Positions 12,513 through 24,704 of a DNA stretch of 64,000 nt are shown here, piece by piece (position 1 is the first letter of the stretch; every line of letters starts with the position of its first letter). This stretch comes from Mobula hypostoma. Lineage: Eukaryota. The notes below the pieces were generated by a model. It worked only from the letters and a program-made list of their open reading frames with translations. It did not search any database and had not been told where the DNA came from. The translations under genes were made by a program, and so were the position numbers. The stretch covers positions 31,498,001 through 31,562,000 of the forward strand of contig NC_086109.1 in the NCBI RefSeq assembly GCF_963921235.1, in the 5' to 3' direction.

Positions 12513-13856
12513 ATGCCACAAACCCATAACCCTGGAACAAATTTAATGCACAGTAAGATTAAAGAACTAACGGGGAAATTACCTTGCTCAGCAAGTGGAT
12601 GCATCAAGGCAAAAGATGGCAGCTTAATTATGAGCAAAGAGGAAATCCAAAACAGATGGACAGAATATACAAAAGAACTTTTTGAAGATCAGAGAGGAGA
12701 AAAAACGAACATAAACAAGAATTTTGAAGGACTTAGCATTCTAAAATCAGAAATTCGAGCAGCTGTAAATAAAACAAAACATAACAGAGCAACTGGTCCA
12801 GACAACATCGCTGTTGAGATGATACTGGCCTTAGAAGATTTTGGAATAGAGAAAATAACAGAAATAGCAGATGAAATCTATGATCATGGGGAGATACCTG
12901 ATGATTTAAGTAAATCAGTGTTCATCACACTTCCAAAGAAAGAGGGAGCAACAGAATGTGAGATACATCATACAATAAGCTTGATGAGCCACGTGGCAAA
13001 AATTATTCTCAGAGTAATCATAATTAGAGCAAGACACTGTATAAAACCAGAAATCAGTAAAGAACAATGCGGCTTTGTGGAAAACACTGGAACCAGAAAT
13101 GCAACGTTCATGCTGCGGATGATCTGTGAACGAGCCATCCAGGTACAAAAACACATCTACCTATGTTTCATTGACTATACAAAAGATTTTGACATTGTCG
13201 GACACCAAGATCTTTTGGAAATGCTTCTAGATCTTGACATAGATGGGAAAGATATACGTTTCTTAAGAAACTTGTACTGGGACCAGACAGCATCCAGCAG
13301 AATAGAAGGAGAAGTCAGTGAGTGTGTGAATATCATGAGAGGAGTCAGGCAGGGTTGTGTCTTCTTTTCGCCAGACTTATTCAACCTGTATAGTGAAAAT
13401 ATATTGAGAAGTATCAAAGACATTAAAGGATTCACAATTGGAGGCCATAATATAAATAACATCAGATATGCTGAAGACATCGTACTAGTAGCTGACTCAG
13501 AAACAAAACTTCAAGAACTACTCACTATAGTGGCAGCAGAAAGTAATCGCAGAGGCCTCTCAATCAACACCAAGAAGACAGAAAGCATGATCATCTCCAG
13601 AAAGACAAACATCCCACAATGTGTGATCAAGATCAGAAATACAAACATCAAACAATTCAACAAATTCAAATATCTTGGCAGCCTAATAACAAGTGATGGC
13701 AGGTACGATACAGATATCAAATACAGAATAGCAATGGCGAAAGCTTTCCAAAAAATGAAGACCATATTAACAGACAGAAAGATGAGCACATACACTAAAA
13801 ACAGAATACTGCACTGCTACATTTATTCTATCCTGACATATGGAAGTGAATGCTGA
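12513..13856 (+). pseudogene. RTE reverse transcriptase open segment (447 aa), catalytic YADD changed to YAED
   Basis: ORF track; flanked by in-frame stops and frameshifts within the RTE LINE. Confidence 0.85.
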
Positions 13857-14489
13857 ACCATTTCCCCAGCAATGGAAAAGAGACTAGAAGCAGCTGAATT
13901 ATGGTTCTACAGGAGAATGTTAAAAATATCATGGACCACGCACACGTCAAATAAAGAGGTTCTCAGAAGAGCCCAAGCAGTTCGATCACTCATACCAACA
14001 ATAGGAGAAAGATAACTCAGATTCCTAAGACACATCATGCAGAAAGATGAACTAGAAAAACTCATACTCTCTGGAAAGATCGAGGGGAGCAAACCTAGAG
14101 GAAGACCTCGGCTTATGTATATCAAAAGCATAGCCAGGTAGCTACACATCGAGAAAATGGAAGTTATCCAAAGAACAAGGGATAGATCTATATGGAAAAC
14201 CATGGTCACCAAAGTCTGCATCGGATATGGTACCTAAACAGACAGACAGACAGAGGGTCTACTGGCACAGTATTGGGTAGTCACGTTACCAGTGGCACTG
14301 AATAATTTGGAATTACTCTGAAGAATTATGGGTACATCCGGGAAGATGATCTGCTACCCAGGCAGAAGATATGCCCCAATATTTTAACAAATTTATCAAT
14401 AACTTTCCAAGAGAACAGAACCCTCCCTCTGACCGTTTAATTTACATCCAATAGAACTTTTGGCATCTCTAAATAAGTCAATATAATTG

Positions 14490-17175
14490 AAATGCCGAGG
14501 CTTTAGACCCCACTGCCAACTATCCTGGGGCAATTGTACAGTCTCTGGAAAATAAAACGGATGATTTCAGAGCAAGATTACTGCACCAGAGAGACATCAG
14601 GAACTGTTGTGTATTTTGCTTCACGGAAAAATAGCTTACTCTTGCCACTTCAAATGCAGTGCTGCAGCCCGATGGCTTCAGCGTTCTCCACAAAGACAGG
14701 ACAGTGCAGTCTTTTAAAGATCGATGAGATGGAGTATGCGTCATGATTAACTTATCACGGTGCAGTGACATGGCGGTTTTGACTCAGTCCCGCCCAACTG
14801 ACCTGGAACATCTAGTGATCAAGTGTCATCTACTTTATCTGCCGAGTGAGCTTACTGCCATCACCCTGGCAGCAGTGTACATTCCACCTCAGGCCAATCT
14901 CAGCAGGCACTGGAGGAGATGAGTACCATGATCAGCAGTCATGAAATAGCATACCCTGATGCCTTCCCTATCATTGGGAGCTTGAAGAAGTCTCTGACAT
15001 CTACAGCAAAATATCACTGTGGAACCAGAGGAGCCAACAAACTTGACCACTGTTCTACCAGCTACGTGAATGCTTATTGTGCTATCCCACGCCCACACTT
15101 TGGAAAGTCCGATCACCTGACTGTATTTCTGCTCCTGATGTATTATCAGGGGCCAAAGATCACAGCACTCCCCATCCCCCTGTCCCTGTTGTGAGGACCA
15201 AAAAAGTTACAGTCGAGGGATGTTACAGAACTGATTTGTGTTGATGGACTAGAAAATATTCATAGATTCATCTTTGAAGCTGAATAAATACGCCACAGTT
15301 GTTACTGTCTTCATCAAGACATGTGGATGAGTATGTGCCTTCAGGAACATACCAGACGTACCCAAACTAAGAGCTGGATGAACCAGGAGATTCGTACTCT
15401 ACTGAGTGCTAGACCTGTGGCATTCAAGACCAATGATCCAGACCTATACAAAAAAGTCCAATTATGACCTCTGAAAGGGTACTTTAAGAGTTAAAAAAAG
15501 AATTCCGATTGAGGTTAAGGACGGAATTGGATGGACATCAGCTCTGGCAGGGTTAGCAGGCCATTACTTCTTCAAGGCAAAATCCAACATCATGAACATC
15601 TGTGATGCTTCAGTTTCAGATGAACTCAATGCCTTTTATGTATGCTTTAAAAGGGAGAAAAAAACTATACCTCTGCAAATTCTCGGAGGCTGATGCCAGG
15701 ATATCTTTCTTGATGGTGAACTCTGGCAATGTACCAGGACCTGATAGTGTACCTGATAGGGCAGTGAAAACCTGTACCAACCAACTGATGGGAATATTTA
15801 AGTACATCCCCAATCTCTCACTGCTGCAATCAGAGTTTCCTACCCGCTTCAAAAGTACGACAATCATACCAATGCCCAAGAAAAGCGGGGGAGCTGCATT
15901 AACAACTGTTGTCCCGTTGCTCTCACGTATACTCTGATGAAGTGCTTTGAGAGCTTGGTCATGGCCATAATCTACTCCTGCCTATGCAAAGACCTGGACC
16001 CACTGCAATCTGCTTATCACTACAATAGGTCTAAAGCAGATGCAATCTTATTGGCTCTCTGCTTGACCCTGGATCATCTGGACAATAGCTATACCTATGT
16101 CAGGCTGCTGTTTATTGATTACAATGCAGTGTTCAACACCATCATACCCTTATTAGTAATCAGCAAGCTCCAAAACCTGGCCATCTGCAAATGGATCCTA
16201 TACTTCATCATCGGGTGACCAGAGTCAGTGTGAATCAGAAATAACATCTCCTCTTTTCGGACAATCAACCCTAGCGTACCTAAAGGAAGTGTGCTTAGCC
16301 CACTGCTCTACTATCTCTACACCCATGACTGTGTGGCTAGGCACAGCTCAAATGCCATCTATAAAATTGCCGCTGACACAGCTATTGTTGGCAGAATTTC
16401 AGAAGGTGACAAGGAGACATACGGAAGTGAGATAGATTAGCAGGTGTCACAACAACAACCTTGTACTCAGCATCAGTAAGACCAAGGAACTGATTGTGGA
16501 CCTGGAAGGGGAAGTTGAGGGAACATATGCCTCGTCGAGGGATCAGCAGTGGAAAGGGTGAGCAGTTTCAAGTTCCTGCGTGTCAACATCTCTAAAGATC
16601 CATCATGGGCCCAACATATTGATGCAATTGCAAAGGCGGCACACCAGTGGCTGTATTTCATTAGGAGTTTGTCGCCAAAGACTCTCACAAATTTCTACAG
16701 ATGTAAAGTGGAGAGCATTCTAACTTGTTTCATCACTGTCTGGTATGGAGAGACCTCTGCACAGGATTGGAAGAAACAGCAGAAAGTTATACACTCAGCC
16801 AGCTCCATCATAGGCATTCATCTGCTCAGCATCGAGGACAGCTTCAAAAGGGCTGCGTCCATCATTAACCCAGGACATGCTCTCTTCTCATTGTTACCAT
16901 CAAAGGGAGCTACAGGAATTGGAAAACATACACTCAATACTTTAGAAAAAGCTACTTCCCCACTGCCATCAGATTTCTGAATGGACAATGAACCCATGTA
17001 CACTACCTTATATTTTTTTTTCCTTTTTACTCTGTTTTTGCACTACTTATTTAAAATATTTTTATGTACATTTCCTATTGTAATTTATAGTTTCATTATT
17101 TTGTAATGCAATGTACTACTGCCACAAACAACATATTTCACAGCATTTGACAGTGATATTAAACCTGATTCCGAA
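14490..17175 (+). mobile_element. Rex1/Babar LINE, near full ORF (APE+RT), heavily decayed
   Basis: [58 protein letters not shown]; tail cagtgatattaaacctgattc. Confidence 0.85.
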
Positions 17176-18707
17176 TTTCTTGTTCTGTCACACAGTGTGG
17201 ACGCTAGTCATGCAGCACATCTATTATTTTCTAACAGAACTCATCCACAATATAGCTCAAGTCACTCTGTCATCATATTGATTTGTTGATTTAGTCAATG
17301 CAGCCCTCTACTTCAGCATCTACCCCACCTACCCCATTCTAACCAAGCATCTTAAATTAAAAAATACTCTGTTATTCATAATCTGGCAATTATTTCAAAG
17401 GGGGAAAAGTTAATTCCTGTGCTATATTCCTAGATATCCCTTCCCTGAACTTGCATTCACATGTTTGTGTCCCACTTCAGTTAAAGTTTATAACTGCCCA
17501 TGAGTAATTCATTTTCAGTCTATTGCAGTTTTGAACTAAAAAGTCAAAAATGAAGAATCTGTCTTTCTCTCTAACTCCCCAATGAGTTGAGAGAGCCCAT
17601 CAATCTCGACCTTCATTGATATCTGATTCTGGAAGTGCACATGCAGATTTTGTATCAGCTATATGCTGTGTAGACATGAGATTTTTCACACTCCATTGAC
17701 ATTCTGTGAGTGAATGGGGTCCACAGATGGACAAGTGAAGAATATGTAATGCAACAAAAGATTTAGTGAGGTATAGCAGCTCTTTGAAATGCAAGTATTA
17801 ATTTGGGCAATATCAGTTTAATGGCAACCTTTTATACAATAAAACTGGCAATAGAAGGAGAGAAGACTGAAGTAATATTGGAGATTCCAGCAGATTGGGC
17901 AGCATATGTTGGTAAAGAAGCAGCATTAATTTTGTAGATCAATGAAGAAAGATCATCAGTCTGAAGTACTAACTCTGTTTCACTCTGCTTCGATGACACA
18001 TATTTTCCTGCGCATTGGCAATATTTCTTCCTTTAACCTCAGATCTCAAATGTCTGTAGTTGTTCTTTTTCCGAGGAGAGAAGATCTGTATCTTTACAAT
18101 GAGGTCTCCAGCAGAGAGAGCCAAGGCATTTTCAGAATAGGGAGGTTTATGCCTTTCGCCCAAGGTATATTCTAAGAAGCCTTTTACAGTATGTGTTGCT
18201 GCCCTGGCACCCTCTGATCCTCTGTCACTCATAATAGATGATCCCTGAATGGTGAATATTCCCAAAATTTCCTCTTTTCATGTAAATCATGTCTCTATTT
18301 ACCAGGAGCTCTCCTGTCACTGCTTTTTCATCCATCATATTTCAGACACTAAATTGAGGAATTTAATAGATCAGATTTACAATTCTAATACTTGCAATAA
18401 AGAAAGCCACCAACTGGATGGCCTCTACTATTTATCACGAGAAAATTATCTGCAAGTCATTGAGATGAAAAAAATACAGCTCATTTTCCTTTGTCTTTCT
18501 TTGCTTTATATAATGGTTATCACCAGCACAACTATGTTGCTTTATGGGATCTGTGCTGACGAGAGAGAGCTCAGTAAGGGGTAGGGCATGTGTTGAGCTA
18601 AAACTGTATGGCTCTTGTGTCCAGGGATCAGGACCACAGCATCAGGTGGTAATTATTTCCAAATAAGCCAACATAAGCACAATACTGATTTAGTTAAGAC
18701 GTTTTCA

Positions 18708-18910
18708 GGCCGGCTGGTGGTGTAGTGGCATCAGCACTGGACTTCAGGGCAGATGGTCCTGAGTTCAAACCCAGCCGGGTCCCAACCTGGGCAGCTGCAG
18801 TATCTGTGCAGAAGAAAGGCCTGGAAATCTACTTCCGTATCTCGCCATGAAAACCCTATGGTCCATGAGGTCACGAAGAGTTGGACTGGACTACACGGCT
18901 GAACAACAAC
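18708..18910 (+). mobile_element. tRNA-derived SINE with BovB/RTE-type 3' tail
   Basis: Box A tggtgtagtgg, box B gagttcaaacc; tail gtccatgaggtcacgaagagttggac..(AAC)n; 12-bp TSD aagacgttttca/aggaccttttca. Confidence 0.8.
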
Positions 18911-19556
18911 AGGACCTTTTCACCAGCAGTCAGTAATATTTGTGAGCAGTTTTCCTTCAACCCTCACAAACACATATTATCTGTTGTCAAGAGGAACAAG
19001 GGCTTCAAGCACATGGGGTACCAGATGCTGGATCCCCTCAGAGTCACACACCATGCTAACTTAGACAAATGTCACTTTTCCCTCATTATTGCTGCGTTAA
19101 ATTCTAGAAATTCCATTGCAACAACAAGAATGGAGGAAGATGGCTTACTGTCACATTCACAAGTATGATTAGTCACAAGCAACAAATGCGGACCGCTTGA
19201 TCAGCATCTACGTACTGGAAAATGAACTATATATAAACAAAAGGGGAGTCCACAAGCTGCACTCATGCAACACTAAATCAAGACCAAACACTTTCAGCAT
19301 CAAAGATTCTGAGATCAAAGTTTACGTTCTCGCTGAAGTGATTTCACCAGGGGCACAAGTGACCTGAATTCCATTCCACTACATTTGTAGGATTCATTGA
19401 AATGGATTGAATTTTCATTATGCACAAGCTCGCCAAACTACAGGGAAGTCCATAAGTGGGAGCACAAGAGCTCATGCAATGCTGACTATGCCTCCAAGGT
19501 AATACCACATCATCATCTAAACACAGGAGACTCTGCAGATGTTGGAAATCTTGAGG

Positions 19557-22500
19557 CCCTCCATTGGTCGGTGCCGACCATGGATTATGCATTCTTGCTG
19601 CCTACGTGATATACAAGCCAGGGCAATATGATACAGAGAGCAAGTTGTTACCCACGCAGCAGGCTCCCTTCTCAATGCATCTGATAAATCCAAAGTAATG
19701 GCAGATAAAGTTTGGCACCAATGCGGGAGTTGTCAGTCAGCAATGAACTCAACCTTGGATTGCCTTCGGGACTCCAGCTCTGGATTTTTCCTTGAGATTT
19801 TCTCCCAGTGCTTTCCCAAGGCGTGGAGAAAGCCCCAAGGCAGTGGAAGTTTGAGGTTAGAGCTCCCCTTCTCCTAGCTGAGCTGCCAACCATAGCTGAC
19901 AAGCCCCATTTGCCCGAAGTAACTGGTTTTAAGGTGCCAGTAACCTATCTTCTCCTGTCAGTAGTAATGCTTCTGTTGGACTTAGTCCAGCTCCTGGCTT
20001 TCACATATGGCTTAGCTACTTAGTTATCAGGGGCTATCTGTGACGCATGTCATAGGGAGCATTTAATAGGTAGTGGGAACTTAGACCAGAAGACATAGGA
20101 GCAGAATTAGGCCATTTGGCCCATCGAGTCTGTTCTGCCATTCAATCATGGCTGATCCTGCTTTTTTCTCCACCTCAACCCCACTTCCCAGCCATCTCCC
20201 AGCAACCTTTGATGCCATGTCCAATCAAGAACTTATCAATGTCTGCCTTAAATACACCCAATGACCCGGCCTCCACAGCTGCATGTGGAACTTGCAACAT
20301 TTGCAAGTTCCGCAAATTCACTACCCTCTGGGTAAAGAAATTTCTCTGCATCTCTGGTTTGAATGGACACCACTTTATCCTGAGGCTGTGTCCTATTGTC
20401 CTAGACTTTTCCACCATGGGAACCATCCTTTCCATATCTACTCTGTCCCAGGCCTTTCAACATTCGAAAGGTTTCAATGAGATCCCCCTTATCCTTCTAA
20501 AATTCCAGCCAGTACAGACCCAGAGCCATCAAATGTTTCCCGTATGATAACCCCTTCATTCCTGGAATCATCCATGTGAACCTCCTCTTACCCTCTCCAA
20601 TGCCAGTACATCTCTTCTAAGATGAGGAGCCCAAAACTGTTCACAATACTCATGGTGAGGCCTTACCAGTGCCTTACAAAACCTCAGCATCACATCCCTG
20701 CTCTTGTATTCTAGACCTCTTGAAATGAATACTAACATTGCATTTGCCTTCCTCACCACAGATTCAACATGCAAGTTAACCTTTGGGGTTTTCTCCACAA
20801 GGACTCCCAAGTCCCTTTGCAGCTCAGATTTTTGGATTTTCTCCCCATTTAGAAAATAGTCCACACATTAATTTCTACTACCAAAGTGCATGACCATGCA
20901 TTTTCCAACATTATATTTCATTTGCCACTTCCTTGCCCATTCTCCTAATGTGTCTAATTCCTTCTGTAGCCTTCCTGTTTCCTCAACACTACCTGCCCCT
21001 CCACCAACCTTCATAACATCTGCAAACTTGGCAAAAAAGCCATCTATTCTATCATCTCGATCATTTATATACAGCATAAAAAGAAGTGGTCCTAAAACCT
21101 ATCCCTTTGGATCACCACTAGTCACTGGCAGCCAACCAGACAAGGATCCTTTTATTCCCACTTGCTGCTGCTTCCAATCAACCAATGCTCTAACCATTTT
21201 AACAACTTTCCTGTAATACCAGGGGCTCTTAACTTGGTAAGCAGCCTTATGTGTGGCACCTTGTCAAAGGCCTTCTGAAAGTCCAAATATACAACATCCA
21301 CTGCATCCCCTTTATCGATCCTACTTGTAATCTCCTCAAAGAATTACAGCAGATTCATCAGGCAGGACCTTTTCCTTAAGGAAACCATGCTATCTTTGTT
21401 CTACCTAGTCAGGTGTCACCAAATACTTCATCACCTCATCCTTAACAATTGACTCTAACATCTTCCCAATCAGAATAACTGGTCTACAATTTCCTTTCTG
21501 CTTCCTTCCTCCTTTCTTAAAGAGTGGAGTGAAATTTGCAATTTTCCAGTCCTCTGGAGCAATGCCAGAGTCCAATGTTTTTTGGAAGATTGCTTCTAAT
21601 GCCACCACAATCTCTAAGACTACCTCTTTCAGAACCCTTGGGTGCAGTTCATCTAGTCTGGATGACTTATGTACTTTTAGGTCTTTGATATTATTTGTGA
21701 GCTTGCTTTCATATTTCATCTTTTTCCTTCTAATGATTCTTCTAGTTGCTCTCTATAGGTTTTTAAAAACTTCCCAATCCTCTATCTTCCCACTAATTTT
21801 TGCTTTGTTGTAAGCCCACTCTTTTGTTTTTACAATAGCTTTGACTTCCCTTGTCACCTGCAGTTGTACTATTTTGCCATTTGAGTGTTTCTTCACTTTT
21901 GGAATACACGTGTCATGCACCTTCCTCATTTTTCCCAGAAACAAATGCTATTGCTGCTCTGCTGAAATCCCTGGCAGCAGTTCCTTCCAGTTTACTTTGG
22001 CCACTCCTCTCTCATACCACTGTAATTTCCCTTACTCTGCTGAACTACTGCTGTGTCAAATTTTACTTTCTCCCTATAAAATTTCAAGTTGAACTCAATC
22101 ATATTGTGATCACTGGTTCCTAAGGGTTCTTTTACCTTAAGCTCCCTAATCACCTCCGGATCATTACACAACACCCAATCCAGTATAGCTGATCCCCTAG
22201 TAGGCTCAATGACAAACTGCTCGAAAAAAAAACAATCACCTCTTAGGCATTCAACTAACTCACATTCTTGAGATCAATTACCAACCTGATTTTCCCAATT
22301 GACCTGCACCTCCCTTGACTATCACAACATTGACCTTTCGGCATGCCTTTCTTCTGTTGTAATCTGTGGTCCACCTCCCAGCCACTGTTGGGAGGCCTGT
22401 GTATAACTGCAATTAGGGTCCTTTTACCCTTGCTATTCCTTAACTCAACCCACAAGGATTCAACATCTTCTGATCCAATGTCACATCTTTCTACTGATTT

Positions 22501-22706
22501 GATGCCATTCTTTAACCAGTTAAGCCATGTCTCCCCCTCTACCTACCTTCCTATCCCTCTAACACAACATGTAACCTTGTACATTTACCTCCCGACTACA
22601 ACCATCCTTCAGCCATGATTCAGTGATGCCCACAGCATCGTACCTGGCAATCTGTATCCACACTTATCCCCACTATCTCCTTTAGTTATGATAACCTTAA
22701 GGAACC
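19557..22706 (-). mobile_element. Bipartite non-autonomous RTE-derived element, inserted in a PLE end and split by CR1
   Basis: 3' tail similar to SINE tail at 44601-44780; 5' part similar to 5395-5670; PLE end resumes at ~22707. Confidence 0.6.
20083..22660 (-). mobile_element. CR1 LINE ORF2 (EN to 3' end) with internal deletions
   Basis: WVELRNSKGKRT, LGTSDHNMIEF, HPRVLKE, AKFADVMKVGG, RPHHEYCEQFWAP, FFTQRVVNL. Confidence 0.92.
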
Positions 22707-22710
22707 AAGC

Positions 22711-22714
<4 letters not shown>

Positions 22715-22750
<36 letters not shown>
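22715..22750. repeat. (CA)n microsatellite expanded from the PLE acacac tract
   Basis: Direct. Confidence 0.95.
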
Positions 22751-22752
<2 letters not shown>

Positions 22753-23974
22753 GTTCATCCAGCATTTTTTGCGTCAAATACATTACCCTGCTATCCCATT
22801 CAGATAATAACTGAGACAAGAACTGTTTAAATTCAAGCAGCTGCCTTATCATTGTTCGCATGCCCTGAATATCAAGGCTATCTTAAGTGTGTAAGAAGGG
22901 TATAGATCACCCCATTCAATCCTCCCAACTTTAACACCAAGTACTATCTACATCTCCTACTGTATCTGAGGAATATTCAGAAACAACTCACTGTTAGGAC
23001 ACCAGGTAATTCATTAAATTAAAAGAAATCAAAGTAATATATAATTATCAAAGCAATACCATATATTGCAATGATTAGAGAAATTTATATTGACTGATAC
23101 TGAATAGGCCTGTCAGTTCTTTTTATCACAAGCCTGATTCAGGTTGAACTCTTGGGTGCTGAAATACAGCTGCAAGTAATTGAAAGCAAGTTCAAACGCA
23201 CTGCTGAGTACACATTAAGAAAGGTTTAGGAGATTAGATTCTAAATGAAACTGCAAAGGACTGAACTACTTGTTCCATTGATAATTCCGTGTCTTTGTGC
23301 TCAACATTGACTTCTTCAGTATCTTGCTGCCTTTGTTCTCCTGGTTGGATTATTACTGGACCTTCACATCGCAGAATATTGAGGAAGATACTGCAAGCAA
23401 TGAGAATTATATATCCTCCAGCTGATTCCAATTATGAAATTCCTTCTGAAAGGAATAATGAGGGGAATTTTAATTGCCAATGATGGAGGGGCTTGAGCAA
23501 GTATGTTTTTTTTAAAAATCTGAAAACTAATCCCATCTGAACCTAAGGTTTATTAAGAGAGTCAGGGTAAGAGACAAGCAACTAACCTGCCCCCCCAAAA
23601 AATGGCCACTTGTCTAATCATTTTTAATGAAGATGAGCGCAACAGTTTGCTTTTTTCTTTCTGGTTTAACTTATCCAAGAGGTTATATCTGGCAGCTAAA
23701 AAGAGACAAGATTTTGCATTGATGATGCATACCTTTCTAGGTATAGAAAGGTATGATTGTCAGGTAGGATTGCTCCCTGCTTCTCAACCTCACCTGCTTT
23801 TCTCCTGATTACTAGGTTGTGTTTTGTAATCACCAACTCCCTTCTATAATCACAGCAAACCCTTCGTTTTCCTTAGACCATGCATCTCCTAGTTACACTG
23901 ACAATCCTTGTTAATCTACTCTTCTATAATTCTGAATGTTGGACCACATAATAGTCCAACAGTTGCCTCGGCTG

Positions 23975-24215
23975 CAGTACTTGTAGTATTCTCCCTGTGA
24001 CCGTGTGGGTGCTATATTTTATTCTCACACCCCAAAGACATGCTGGGAGTTTAATTATTTGCCATAGTGTACTTAAGTGGCAAACTACTCAATGTCAGTT
24101 GATAGACATATGAAAGTGAAGGACTATAAGAAACTAAGAAGAAGAGGAAGGGAACATGGGACAAATTTCTTTGTTGGAAGCCAACAAGTACTCAATGGGT
24201 CAAATAGCCTCATTT
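23975..24215 (+). mobile_element. Old HE1/V-SINE-like SINE remnant
   Basis: ttctccctgtgaccgtgtgggt..ctcacaccccaaagacatgc core. Confidence 0.45.
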
Positions 24216-24511
24216 AGTGTGAAAATTAGGAAGATCATTAGCAAAGGTCTTAACCTCATCCACCTAAGTCCCAACATATAAGGTCAAAATGATATTGATC
24301 TATTCCTGCTTCCATTGCCATTTCTTTACCTAGTGTTTTGGAATACTGATGATTTGTTACCCAGTGTGGATGCATGAACAACATTATACATCTGCTTACA
24401 TCTTGGCCAAAGCATGCAATAAGCCACAGTTGTTCAGGCACATTCTTGAAAAATGAAAACAAATACTTCAGAAGTATTAGTCCATTGAATAAAATAGACT
24501 CTAATTAGTAG

Positions 24512-24704
24512 CATAAACACGAGGAATTCTGCAGATGCTGGAAGTTCAAGCAACACACATCGAAGTTGCTGGTGAACACAGTTGGCCAGGCAGCATTAGG
24601 GTTAGGGTTCCTGACGAAGGGTCTCAGCCCAAAACATCGACTGTACCTCTTCCTAGAGGTGCTGCCTGGCCTGCTGTGTTCACCAGCAACTTCGATGTGT
24701 GTTG
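24512..24704. mobile_element. Fold-back PLE element with (TTAGGG)2 at the junction and a hammerhead motif
   Basis: 47-nt arms 24549-24595/24660-24706 (2 mismatches); TTAGGGTTAGGGTT 24596-24609; CUGACGA..cccAAAAC motif 24610-24643; perfect 13-bp TSD CTCTAATTAGTAG (24499-24511/24705-24717). Confidence 0.88.

Larger units (their letters stand above)
9800..14253 (+). mobile_element. Near-full-length RTE-clade (BovB-like) LINE with two nested insertions; 5' boundary approximate
   Basis: APE motifs IATWNVRTL, IQVYAPT, IIVMGNFNAK, NQIDYIII; RT RGVRQGC..SPDLFNLY..RYAED; (CAGA)n tail at ~14238-14253. Confidence 0.88.

Noticed and set aside
18708..18785. tRNA gene
   Set aside because: No full cloverleaf; it continues into a SINE body and tail with a TSD.
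19830..20080. Ribozyme in this RTE-derived 5' region
   Set aside because: Partial helices only; no P1/P1.1 assignment, and the copy is rearranged.
23234..23431. Minus-strand ORF with acceptor-like site
   Set aside because: No recognisable homology and no good donor site.
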